Assembly (NCBI GenBank): GCA_965240325.2
Contig: OZ251233.1
Location: 1,922,001-1,986,000, forward strand
Direction: 5' to 3'
Source of the DNA: Rebecca billardiae RCC1528
Taxonomy: Eukaryota > Protista > Haptophyta
Length of the DNA: 64,000 nucleotides
Every line of letters starts with the position of its first letter. Positions within the stretch are counted from its first letter, which is position 1. The position numbers and the translations under genes are program-made. Positions 36,836-47,159 of the stretch are shown one piece after another. A model generated the notes under the pieces. That model searched no databases. It saw only the letters and a list, made by a program, of their open reading frames with translations, and was not told where the DNA came from.

Positions 36836-38143
36836 TCACTGGTGGTGCGCCGAGTTGAATTCATTTGGGTCCTTTGACCAGATGAGGTATGAGGTGTCGC
36901 CCAGCCTGCGCGGTGAGACCTTGTGCTTGACGAAGAACGCGATCGCGAGCGCCAGGCTGATCGCGCCTGCGGGTACCAGCCAGCGGGCGCGCCAGGGGAG
37001 AGGGTCGGTGGGCGCGGGCGCCAGGTGCACAGGGCCCACGGCTGGCCGCCGGTGCGGCGCGCGTGCGACGCGCGGCGCGTGCGCGCGCACCGACGATGAT
37101 ATATGCCCAGCCGAGGAACGGGTTCTTCCCGCCGATCCACGAGGTGGTGGTGAGCACGACGTACTTGTGCCCGCGGAACGTGTGCACCGGGTACAGGAAG
37201 CGCTGCGACTCGTTCGTCCACTTGTTCACCAGCTTGCCGCGGTCGTCCTCCTCCGCACCGTTGCCAATCTCCAGCTCATACTCGCCCGCGGGCAGCTCCT
37301 GGTCGATGCGGCGGTAGAGCTTGCGGAAGGTGGGCAGGCCGGCGGTGCGCATCCACACGATGAAGTCCTCGTCCTCCACGCATTCGCCCGAGCCCCGGCG
37401 GCAGTCCATCCCCGCGAACGGCGGGAAGTTTTTCCCCGTCTCCGCCGAGTTGTTGTACTTGTCGCGCACGTCGGACGGCCACGCGATCCCGCGCTTGCGC
37501 AGGGGCACGCGCCGGCCGTCGGGCTTGTACAGCTTGAACGTGTCGTTGAAGAGGGACCAGGCGATCAGCCCGCACGGGTTGATCGTGTTGCCCAGCGAGT
37601 CGTCGCCGTCCGGGTCGAACTTGGCGCGCGGCGCGCAGTCCGCCAGGGCGCTGTCGCTCGCTGCCAACCCCGTCTCGCCACGCAGCTGGCGGTCGGAGCG
37701 CGACTTGACGTATCGCCTGTGGTTCTGGTAGAAGTTTTCGAGCATGTAGTACATGTTGATGGGCGGCTCCATTTTCGTCGGGATCTGCCCGCCGCGAGAC
37801 CCACCGGGCGCAGCGCGCGATGAGCGCTGGGCAGCGCGCGCAGTCGGTGCGCGCGCGCGCGCACCTTGATCGAGATCCGGCAGGGGTTGAAGTCGACGCG
37901 GTCCTCGTCGCCCACCGCGCAATTCTTTTTGCAGCACGCCTCGTCGTACGCCACGCTCTTCACCTCGACGAGCTGGTTGGACGCATCGAGGCACACGAAG
38001 CCGATCGGGATGAAGACGACGCCGACGGCGGTGAAGGTGCTGATCACCCAGAGCGGCGTGAGGATGGGGCGCCACGCCTTGAGCGTCTGCTGCCGGAACG
38101 CGGTGTTCGGCGGCCTCCTCGAGGCCGACGAGCTGTTCTCCAT
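36836..38143 (-). CDS. CDC50: CDC50/LEM3 (ALIS) P4-ATPase flippase beta subunit; join(37865..38143, 37091..37784, 36836..36966), 367 aa
   Basis: RRPPNTAFRQQTLKAWRPILTP, YYMLENFYQNHRRYVKSR, PCGLIAWSLFNDTF, EDFIVWMRTAGLPTFRKLY, WIGGKNPFLG. Introns 37785-37864 and 36967-37090 (GTGCGC..CAG) restore the frame. Confidence 0.95.
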
Positions 38144-38359
38144 CCCTACACCCCCGGCCTTGGGAAGGCAGCGGGCTGCTGCAAGATGGCCACCGCCCAC
38201 GGCCCTTGCTGCTCCGTGACGAACCGATGCCACCGGACGGGGTGAACAGCTCGATGAAAAAGAAATGCGCGAGTCTGCCCATAGAAACTCGGCGGCGGTG
38301 GGCGTTTGGTGGGCGGCCCCGCCAAAAACGGCCGTGCTGGCTCCCGCGCACGGAAGACG

Positions 38360-41300
38360 ATGGCCACCGTCGACGCGATCACGCGGTGCTGCGCGGTGCT
38401 GGCTGATCCGACGAGCTCGGCCGCGGACAAGTGCGCGGCGGAGGCGCTGCTCACGGCGTTTCGCACGCAGCCGCGCGCGTGGGCCGCGGCCGAGCAGCTG
38501 CTCAGCGCCAGCGCCGACGTGCACACGCGGCTGTTTGCCCTTCAGATCTGGCAGTCAGAGGTGTCGCGCGTGTGGAGCGCGCACGGCCGGCACGCGGCGG
38601 AGCGCGAGGAGCTGCGCGCGCTGCTCGTGCGCCACGTGCTCGCGCTCGCCGCGCTCGACGAGCCGCCGCGCGACGTCGCCATCGTGCGCGACAAGCTCAA
38701 CGCCACGCTAGTGCGCGCAGTCGGAGCCGAGTGGCCGCACTCGTGGGGTGCGTTCGTGCCCGAGCTGCTCGGCGGCGCGCCGGGCGGCGCGCTCGCGCGG
38801 AACGCGCTGAGGCTGTGCAGGCTGCTCGGCGAGGAGGTGCTCGACCCGGACAACGCCGCGCGCGCGCACTCGGCCAGCTCGGCGCGCCGCGTACGCGTGG
38901 TGTTGGCTGCGCACGCGCCGCCAGTGATCGCACTGGCGGGCGCGGCGCTCTCGGGCGGCGGCGGCGGCGCGGACGAGGCGAGCGCGGACGCGCTCAGCGT
39001 GCTCGAGGCCTTCGCGCCGTGGCTCCCCGCCGCGCTCGTCTGGGCCGCGCCCTCGGCCGTCCACGCGCGCGTGGTCGCGCTCGCGTGCGCGCACGGCAGT
39101 GGGCCGATCGTGCGCGCGCGCGCGCTCGGCGCGCTCTGCGGGATGGTGGCGGTTGAGCTGGGCGCGGAGGGCTCGGCGGAGCGCGATCACGCGGAGCAGC
39201 TCATCGCCGACGCGCTGGGCACCCTCGGCGAGCTCGTCGCCGCCGAGAGCGCGCGCGCGCGCGCCGGGCGCGCGCCGGATGCTTGGCCGAGCGCAGTGCC
39301 CCTGCCGCCGCCGCCGCCGCCGTGGGGCGCGCAGCAGCAGCACGCGCTGGTGCGGCTGTGCCGCTGCGCGTGGCGTGCGCACGCGGCGCGGCTCGTCCCG
39401 CCCGCCAGCGCGCCGCCGCGCGCCGCGCCGCGCTGGGAGCCCGCCCTCGCCCTCGTGCTGCGCGCGCCGCTCAGCTGCGCGGCGCGCGCGGACGCGGACG
39501 CGGATGAGGAGGAGGAGGGCTGGCGCGAGGCGGCGGAGCTGTGGGCGGCGGTGCTGGGGCACGTGCGCGAGCGCCCGCCGGCGTCGGGCTCGGCGTGCGC
39601 CGCCGCGCTCTCCGCCGCGCTGCCGCCCATCGGCGCCGTGCTCGGCCGCCGATTCCCGCGGCCGGCGGCGGTGCGCGTGTGGTGCAGCTCAGATGGCGAT
39701 CTCGAGATCGAGGCAGATACGGAGCGGCCGGACTGGGCGCGGCCGGACTGGGGCGCGGAGGAGGCGGAGGCGGCGCCCGAGGGCGCGGGCGCGGACGGCG
39801 CGGCGGACAGCGCGTGGCTCACCTGCGCCCGCGCCGCGCGCTCCCTCGGCGCGCTCGGCTGCGCGCGCGCCATCGCCGAGCACGCGGCTGCGCTCTGCGT
39901 CGGCGCCGCCTCCGCCTCGGCGTGGGGCGGCGCGTGCCGCGCGAGCTGGGCGGCGGCGGCGGCGATCGGCGGCGTGGCGGACGCGTCCGAGCGCGTGGCG
40001 CTCAGCGTCGGCGTGTGCCGCGCGCTCCTCTCGCGCGCCGCCTCCGCCGCAGCCGCCGAGCTCGGCGGCGACGACGCGGCCGCGGCCGCCGCGGCAGCCG
40101 CGTGCGAGCTCGCGCGCGCGCTCGCGGCCGAGCTTGCCGGCGGCGCGGACGAGGCCACGTTCGGCGCGCTCGCGGGGGCGCTGGGCTCGTGGGCGGCGCT
40201 GGACGGCTCGCGGCCGGCGGACGATGGTAGCGCGGCCGCCGCGGTGCAGGGCGCGGCCGCCGCCGCGCTCTGCGCGCTCAGCCGCGCCGCGCCCGCCGCG
40301 CGCGCGCACGCGCTCGGCAGCGAGCTCGCCGGAGCGCTCGCGCAGCCGCGCTCGGCGGCGGGGCTGGCCGCTGGCGCGTGCGCGCTGCCTGAGCGTGCGC
40401 TGCTGCGCGCGCACGCGGCGGCGGCGGGCGCGGCGCGCGCGCTGCTCGGCTCGGGCCACGCCGCGCAGGCCTGGGCGCTCGCCGCCGCCGCGCTCCGCCC
40501 CACCTCCCGCGCAGTCCTCGACCCGTCGTGCCGCGCGCCGGCTGCGCTGATCGCCGCGTCCGCAGCCAAGGCGTGCGCGCTTGCGCTGCGTTCGCACGCA
40601 ACGCTCGCGCGCGCGGCCGGTGGCTGGCTGTACGCGATGGGCGCGGCGGGCGCCGCGTCCGGCGCGGACGCGGCGGACGCGGCGGCCGCGCTGCACGCGC
40701 TCGTCCTCGCCGAGCTGTGCGGCTGGGCCGAGGCGATGCCGCCGATGGTGGCGGAGGCGCGCGCGGCCGGCGGCGCGCCCGCGCCACGCACGCGCGCGCT
40801 CGCGCGCTGCCGCGTCGCCGCGCTGAGCCTGATCCGAGCTGTGCTCGGCGCGGCCGAGCGCGGCGCGGAGAGCGGCGGCGGCGTGCAGCTCGGAGGGCCG
40901 GGCGCGCTCGACGCCGCGTGCGCGCGCGCGACCGCCGCCGCCCTGCGCGGCAGCGGCGCGCCCGCCGAGCGCAGCCTCGACAGCGCTGACCACGCGTGCG
41001 CGTGCACACTTGCATCGTTGGGTGTGCGCGGCGCGGCGCGCGGCGCGGACGGCGCCGGCGGCGCCGGCGGCGTGTGCGCGAGCGCGCTTGCGTTCGCGCT
41101 CCGCCCGCTCGCGCACCCGTACGAGGCGCGTGCCGACGACGCGCACGACGCCGCGCGCGCGGCGGCCGCCGCCGCCGACACCGACGCCGAAGGCGCGGCG
41201 GCGCCGTTTGCAGCAGCCGCCGCCGCGCTGTCCGACGATCACTTGCGCGCGGCGGCTGCGCTGCTGGCTGCGGCCGTGGCGGAGGCGGCGGCGCGCGGCG

Positions 41301-42025
41301 GCGCGGGCGGGGCGGAGCAGGCGGCGGGCATGCTCTTCGGCCCGGCGGACGGCGCGGCGGGAGGCGCGCCGCTCGGCGCCGCCGCCGCGCCGCCGCCCGC
41401 GCTGCCCCGCCCGCTCGGTGCGGCATGCGCACACGCGCTCTGCGCCGATTCGCTCCGGCCGGCGCGCGGCGCGGCCGCGGCGGCGGAGGGCGCGCGCGCC
41501 GCCGCGGCGCTGCTGCGTGCTGGCGTGCTGCCGCCGAGCTGGTGCCTGCAGCTCGGCGGCGGGTGGGCAGCTGACGGCGCGGGCGCGCCCGCCGAGCCGG
41601 TGCTGTGCGCGCGCGCGCTGCGCCGCCTCGCCCCGCTCGCGCGCGCCGCGCCGCCGGCTGCGCCCGGCGCAGGCGCCGCCGCCGGTCCAGACGGCGCGGG
41701 TGCGGCCGGCGCGGGCGGCGCCGAGCGCGAGGCGCTGGAAGGCCTGCTGCGCGCCGCGTGCGCGGCGCTCGCGGGCATGGGCGGGCTTGCGGGCGGGAGT
41801 GGGAGCGGCGGCGGCGGCGGCGGCGGGGAGCACGCCGTGGTGCTCGGCCTCGCGCGCGCGCTCAGCATTGAGCTCGGCTCGGGCGCGGCCGCGGACGGCG
41901 AGTGCGAAGCCGACGCGCTGCGCGCAGCGTCGCTGCTGCTCGGGGCGGCGCGCGCGGCGGGCGGCGCATTCGAAGACGTGCTCCGCGCGTTTGCGAGCGA
42001 GCATGCGCCCAAGCCGGCCGAGTGA
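38360..42025 (+). CDS. Divergent exportin-1/CRM1-like HEAT-repeat karyopherin, Ala-rich, 1221 aa
   Basis: IBN_N-like start (AEALLTAFRTQPRAW...TRLFALQI) and Xpo1-domain motifs KLNATLVRAVGAEWPHSWGAFVPELL and LCRLLGEEVLD. The C-terminal half is very degenerate. Confidence 0.75.
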   Translation: MATVDAITRCCAVLADPTSSAADKCAAEALLTAFRTQPRAWAAAEQLLSASADVHTRLFALQIWQSEVSRVWSAHGRHAAEREELRALLVRHVLALAALDEPPRDVAIVRDKLNATLVRAVGAEWPHSWGAFVPELLGGAPGGALARNALRLCRLLGEEVLDPDNAARAHSASSARRVRVVLAAHAPPVIALAGAALSGGGGGADEASADALSVLEAFAPWLPAALVWAAPSAVHARVVALACAHGSGPIVRARALGALCGMVAVELGAEGSAERDHAEQLIADALGTLGELVAAESARARAGRAPDAWPSAVPLPPPPPPWGAQQQHALVRLCRCAWRAHAARLVPPASAPPRAAPRWEPALALVLRAPLSCAARADADADEEEEGWREAAELWAAVLGHVRERPPASGSACAAALSAALPPIGAVLGRRFPRPAAVRVWCSSDGDLEIEADTERPDWARPDWGAEEAEAAPEGAGADGAADSAWLTCARAARSLGALGCARAIAEHAAALCVGAASASAWGGACRASWAAAAAIGGVADASERVALSVGVCRALLSRAASAAAAELGGDDAAAAAAAAACELARALAAELAGGADEATFGALAGALGSWAALDGSRPADDGSAAAAVQGAAAAALCALSRAAPAARAHALGSELAGALAQPRSAAGLAAGACALPERALLRAHAAAAGAARALLGSGHAAQAWALAAAALRPTSRAVLDPSCRAPAALIAASAAKACALALRSHATLARAAGGWLYAMGAAGAASGADAADAAAALHALVLAELCGWAEAMPPMVAEARAAGGAPAPRTRALARCRVAALSLIRAVLGAAERGAESGGGVQLGGPGALDAACARATAAALRGSGAPAERSLDSADHACACTLASLGVRGAARGADGAGGAGGVCASALAFALRPLAHPYEARADDAHDAARAAAAAADTDAEGAAAPFAAAAAALSDDHLRAAAALLAAAVAEAAARGGAGGAEQAAGMLFGPADGAAGGAPLGAAAAPPPALPRPLGAACAHALCADSLRPARGAAAAAEGARAAAALLRAGVLPPSWCLQLGGGWAADGAGAPAEPVLCARALRRLAPLARAAPPAAPGAGAAAGPDGAGAAGAGGAEREALEGLLRAACAALAGMGGLAGGSGSGGGGGGGEHAVVLGLARALSIELGSGAAADGECEADALRAASLLLGAARAAGGAFEDVLRAFASEHAPKPAE

Positions 42026-42250
42026 TGAGTGGCGAGTCGTAGGAGACGAACCCGGGTCGTCGTAGCCGGCGGCGGGCTGCATGCCCGGTGACGTCGACTG
42101 TCACTGTCAATGCTGTCATCAGTCTCATGGAATTGTAGATCTGCTCTGCTCAGGACTGCAGTCCTTTCTCGCTCGTGACTGTTTCGCCCAACACGGGCAG
42201 CTCCATGGAGGCCCCGAGCGCAGCTGGCCAGCACATCCGCAGCTGAGCAC

Positions 42251-45200
42251 ATGGCGTCGCTCGGCGGCATGGCGACGGCGACGACGCCGATGTCGGCGGC
42301 GCCGGCGCCGCAGTCGACCGCGTCGATCGCGGCGAAGGCCACCGCGCTGTACACGTGGGGCGACGGCGCGAGGGGCGCGCTCGGCCACGGCGACACGGCG
42401 TGTGTGATGGAGCCTGAGCGAGTGTCTGCGCTGAGCAAGCAGCGCATCGTGTCGGTGAGCTGCGGCTCGGAGCACACGGTGGTGCTCGCGGCGAGCGGCG
42501 ACGTCTTCTCCTTCGGCTCGGGCGCGGCGGGCGCGCTCGGCCACGGCGAGGCCGAGAGCGCCGACTGCTGCACGCCTAAGATGATCGAGGCGCTGCAGGG
42601 CAAAAGCGTCACGGCGATCGGCGCGGGCGGGCGGCACTCGGCGGCGGTGACGGTGACGGGCACGCTGTACACGTGGGGCACGGGCGCGGACGGCCAGCTC
42701 GCCATGCCCGACAGCACGCCCGACGCCACCGCCACCTGCTGGAAGCCGCGCATCGTGCCGTTCACGGCACACGGCATGTCCATGCCGGCGGCCGTGACTT
42801 GCTCCGCTCACAACACGGCGCTGCTGCTGAAGAACGGCACGCTCGTGACGTGCGGGCTGGGCGGGCCGCAGCTGGGGCACGAGGACGTGCTCGACGCCAC
42901 CGACGGCCCGCGCAAGGCCAACCCGCTGCTCGGCGAGCACGAGACGACAGCCATCGGGGTGGCGCTCGGCGAGGCGCACATGGCGATGGTGACACATTTC
43001 GGAGCGGCGCTCACCTGCGGCTCGAACGGGCGGTACCAGCTGGGCGCGAGGCCGCCGGAGCAGGGGAAGGTGGGCGACGTGCGCGAGCTGGTGGCGCTCT
43101 CCAAGCAGAAGAGCGCCGCCGCCGCCGCCGCGGGCGCCGCCGCCGACGGCGCGGGCGCGGCGGCGGGCGCGGCGGGCGCGGGCGCGGGCGCGGCGGCGGC
43201 GGCGGCGCAGCAGCAGCCGCAGCCGCCGTCCGGCGCGGGCGCGGCGGCGGCGGCGGCCGGTCGTCTGGGCAAGCCCGGCGCCAGCGCGTCGTCGGGCTCC
43301 CCCGACGCCGTCTCCCGCCGCCGCGGCCTCAAGCTCCTCTCCAACATCGTCACGACCGAGACGGCGGCTGCGCCCAAGCCGTCCGCACCTTGGCGGCTCG
43401 CGCTCGCATCCAAGGAGCGCATCACGCAGGTGGCGTGCGGCGCGCAGCACACGCTGGCGGTGTCGGCGGTGAACGGCGTGGTGTACAGCTGGGGCGAGGG
43501 GCGGAACGGACAGCTCGGCCACGACGAGTTCCTGCCCGAGCCCATGCCGCGCGTGGTCGCCGGGCTGCGCCGCAGCATGGCCGCCCTGGAAGTGTCAGGC
43601 CGGGCGCGGCGCACGCCGACGGGAGTGCCCGGCGGCGGCGGCGGGCCCGATGGCGGCACGCCCTTGTCGGCGGGGCCGGGGCCGGGCGGAGGGGCGGGCC
43701 GCGCCTCGCTCGACCCGTTCACGCCCACCACCCCGTCCAACCGCCGCTCCGTCGACTCGGTCGCCGAGTCCACCGCGGGCGCGCTCGAGGCCGCGGCGCG
43801 CTCGCCGCGGCTGCAGCAGCTGCACGCAGACGGTGGCGCGGCCGCGCTCGCGCCCTCGCCCGCTGTGTGGGAGCGGCCGCCGGTGACGAGCTCGCCGGTG
43901 AGCGTGTGCGCGGGCGGCTCGCACAGCCTGGTCGTGATGGACGACGGCACGCTCTACGCCTTTGGCCTCGCCTCCGACGGCCAGCTCGGCACCGGACTCT
44001 CCTTTGCGCGCCGGTGCGCGTGCCCGATGCGCGTCGAGGCGCTCGCGCGGCCGGGCCTCAAGGTGCTGAGCGTGGCTGCGGGCATGTTCCACTCGGCCGC
44101 CATCGTGGCGGAGGACGTGGGCGCGGAGATCTCGGAGTCGCTGTACCACGTGCGCCCCGTCTCGCGCGCCGCCGCCCGCCCGCCCGCCCGCGCCCAGCCG
44201 GGCGGCGCCACGCCCCCCGCGCTGCCGCCAGCGCCCATTCTGTCCCCTGGGCGCACGGCCGCGCTGCGCGGCCGAGCGAGCGCGGGCGCGCGCGCGAGGG
44301 AGGGCGGGCTGCCGCGCGTGGGGCGCGCGCGCGGCGGCGAGGGCGGCGGCGCGGGCTCGCCGCTTGAGGCCGCGAGCGCGCTCGTCGACGCGCACAGCCC
44401 GCTCACCCCCGCCCCGTACGTGCACGCCTCGCACGAGTTCAACAGCCTGACGGGCTCAGTCTTACGGGAGCGGCTGGGGGGCGTGTCCAAGGCAGCGACC
44501 GCCTTTGGCCAGGGGCTGCTGCGGGATCGGCAGGTGCGGCGCGGGGCGTGAGCGCGCGGGCGCGTGCACGGCGCACTCGCGCGCACGCCGCCAGCGCCCT
44601 GCCATGCCGGCTGACCCACGCGGCTGCGCCCCACACGCTGCTGCCGCGTCCCCGCGCGCCGCGCGCCGCGCGCCCCGCGCCGCGCGCCGCGCGCGGCGCG
44701 CCGCGCGTTCCGCGCGTTCCGCGCGCCCTGGCGTGAGCAGGAGCTGCAGGAGCTCGTCTCCGCGGAGTCGGAGATCGAGGTGGCGCAGGCGCTCGCCTCG
44801 TCGCACTCGGCCGAGTTCGAGCGCGAGTACGCGAAGGTGCTGCACGACACGGCGGCGCAGGTCCAGTCCATGCGGCAGACCGAGGCCGCTGCGCGTGCGG
44901 AGTCGGACATGCGCGCCAGGGAGGAGGCCCGCCCGTTGTGGGCGGGCGGCGGCGCGCGGACGCTCGGCGCGGGGGGCGGGCTGGGCGGCGCGCGCGGCGC
45001 GCGGCAGACCAAGCTGGACCCGCGGCTCAAGCTCTCCTACCTCGGCATCACGCCCGACGTGCTCCATGCCATCGACCACCCCACGTCCGGGATCGCCGCG
45101 CGCATCGCCGCGGAGGTGGCCAAGGGCGAGCGCAGCTCCGGCGAGCAGGCTGCCGGCGTGGCGCGCGCGGTCGAGGACGGGAAGCGCGGCGGGCCGTTCG

Positions 45201-45538
45201 TGCTCGAGTCGGCCGCGCGCGCGCAGGCGCGCGCGGAGGCGGCGAAGCGGCGCACCCTCGAGGACACGCCGCCGCTCGGACGCCGCGTGCGCGGCGGCGC
45301 GCAGGCGGGCCGCACGCGCGCGGCGCGCCGAGCGGCGGCGCGCGTCGCGACCGGCGGCGCGGCGGCGGCAGGCAGCAGCAGCGACGTGCTCGACGTTGGC
45401 AGCCCCGACGCGAGCTTCCGGTCGAGCCGCGCCGCGAAGAAGCCGCACGACTTTGAGCGCATCGACGGCAGCGACGAGCTGTCGACGCGTGCGCTCGCTG
45501 CGTGGTCAGACTTCCGCCTCTCGCTGACCGAGCCGTGA
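42251..45538 (+). CDS. RCC1/BLIP-II beta-propeller repeat protein with a coiled-coil/low-complexity C-terminus; join(42251..44533, 44741..45538), ~1026 aa
   Basis: Multiple RCC1 repeats (LYTWGDGARGALGHG, VSCGSEHT, VACGAQHT, VYSWGEGRNGQLGH, LYAFG..SDGQLG). A phase-0 intron 44534-44740 links to ORF 44780..45538. A further intron may start at 44150. Confidence 0.85.
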
Positions 45539-46044
45539 GTACGATAATGGCGCACGCATCATATGTGCATGCACTGCTGATGAGTGCTGTATCACACGAG
45601 CACTTACTCGGGCACGTCCGTGGCCGTGCTTACTTATTATATTCTACTTATTTATTATTAGTTATTAATATAATAATATTAGTATATTATTATACTCCGA
45701 TCGATGATGCTGCTGATGAATTTGGACTCGTCGGACCGCTCCAGGTCACGCGCCGTCACCGCGGCATTGCCGAGTGAGCCGGTCCCGCGCGCCGCCTGCT
45801 CGTTCATCCGCCATCATGCATGACGACGATGGCCCCTCATCCGTGATTCCGAGGCGGCTCCGAGGCGGAGACCGAGGCGGGCAATGGTGCACGTTATATG
45901 CGACGACGGGACTGTTTTTTATAAAACCGATCCGTGAGGAGCCCATCTCACTGACTCACGATTTGCGCGCAACTCGTCGCACGCGCGCGCGCGGGCGCGG
46001 CATGCCACGGAAATAACAACGGGCGCTGCGGCGCCCCGGCGGCC

Positions 46045-46845
46045 TCATTGGCGCAGCCCGCCGCTCCAGTGCGAGGTGATGCTGCCGCGCTTGGGGCCGT
46101 GATCAGGGCCGCCCTGCTTCTGCAGGTGCGTCCACGTGCTGCGGTCATCGTACAGCCGGTTGTACCGCCGGGGGGGCGTGTTGGGGTACGAGGGCGCCTC
46201 GCTGTAGCGGCGGGGGACGGCCTCGTGCGGCAGCGGCGCGGCGTGCTCCCCCAGCGTGGGCGCCGCCGAGCGCCGCCTCGAGCGGAACGAGCCGACAGGA
46301 GGCGGCAGCTCGCGCTTGCTCAGCTCGCGCGCGATGATGTGCTGGGGCACGAGCCCGCGGCTGCTGGGCACGGGCACCGGGCTGATGCCCTTGTGCATCG
46401 AGCTTAACGCGCGGATGTCGTCGTAGAAGCGCGTGGGCTGCGGCTTGGTCACGCCGTGGTAGCTGACCCCATACTCGTCGCGCAGAGTGTCGGCCGCAGC
46501 GTTCCAGTACGACGGCACGCCGCTTGGGAGGGGCGCGCGCTCGACCGCCTCGGCCGAGAGGAGGCGGTCGACGAGAGCTGACGGCGAGACGTCCTTTGCC
46601 TTCGCGCACAGCTGCACCGCCGCGCAGAACTGCTCGTAGCTGATACGCTTGCCGCCGGCCGCCGCCTTGGTGTACGCGAGGTCGATCGTCGTGAGCGTGA
46701 GCTTCTTCTTGTCGAGCAGGCCACGGTCGCGCATCAGCTTGGCGAAGTTGCGGGAGCTCATGCCGGTGCCTGCGGCCCCGTCGCCGCCGAAGCGGGAGTA
46801 GTGATCGTACAGCGTGTACAGCGAGCTGTCGTGTTCGATGTCCAT
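46045..46845 (-). CDS. TPPP/p25alpha-family tubulin polymerization-promoting protein, 266 aa
   Basis: MSSRNFAKLMRDRGLLD..LTLTTIDLAYTK...RISYEQFCAAV is the p25alpha core. Two C-terminal R[FL]YDD...H..(GGP) motifs follow. Confidence 0.85.
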   Translation of the reverse strand: MDIEHDSSLYTLYDHYSRFGGDGAAGTGMSSRNFAKLMRDRGLLDKKKLTLTTIDLAYTKAAAGGKRISYEQFCAAVQLCAKAKDVSPSALVDRLLSAEAVERAPLPSGVPSYWNAAADTLRDEYGVSYHGVTKPQPTRFYDDIRALSSMHKGISPVPVPSSRGLVPQHIIARELSKRELPPPVGSFRSRRRSAAPTLGEHAAPLPHEAVPRRYSEAPSYPNTPPRRYNRLYDDRSTWTHLQKQGGPDHGPKRGSITSHWSGGLRQ

Positions 46846-47159
46846 CGGGCGTCAGTGGGGGGGGTTGGACGTCCTTGGCTGCCGAGCAGGTCGACTTCGC
46901 GGATCGAGGGGTGCGCCGGTCGTTTGAGCCCGCCAATTGAGGGGGAACGGGGCGAGCAAGGGGCCACAAAAAGGGAGATCGTGCCTGGCTGCCGCTGCAA
47001 CTGATCCGGTTATCCCGTTGGCGTACAACTATGGAACGCCCCCGTTCAAGCTAAATCATCAAGCCGGTTCGTCATCATATTTCAGCCTCACGCGAGAGCT
47101 GCGAGATGCAACGACACGAGCAGGGTTAAAATGGCCGCCGGCTGGGTCACGTGCTGTGC

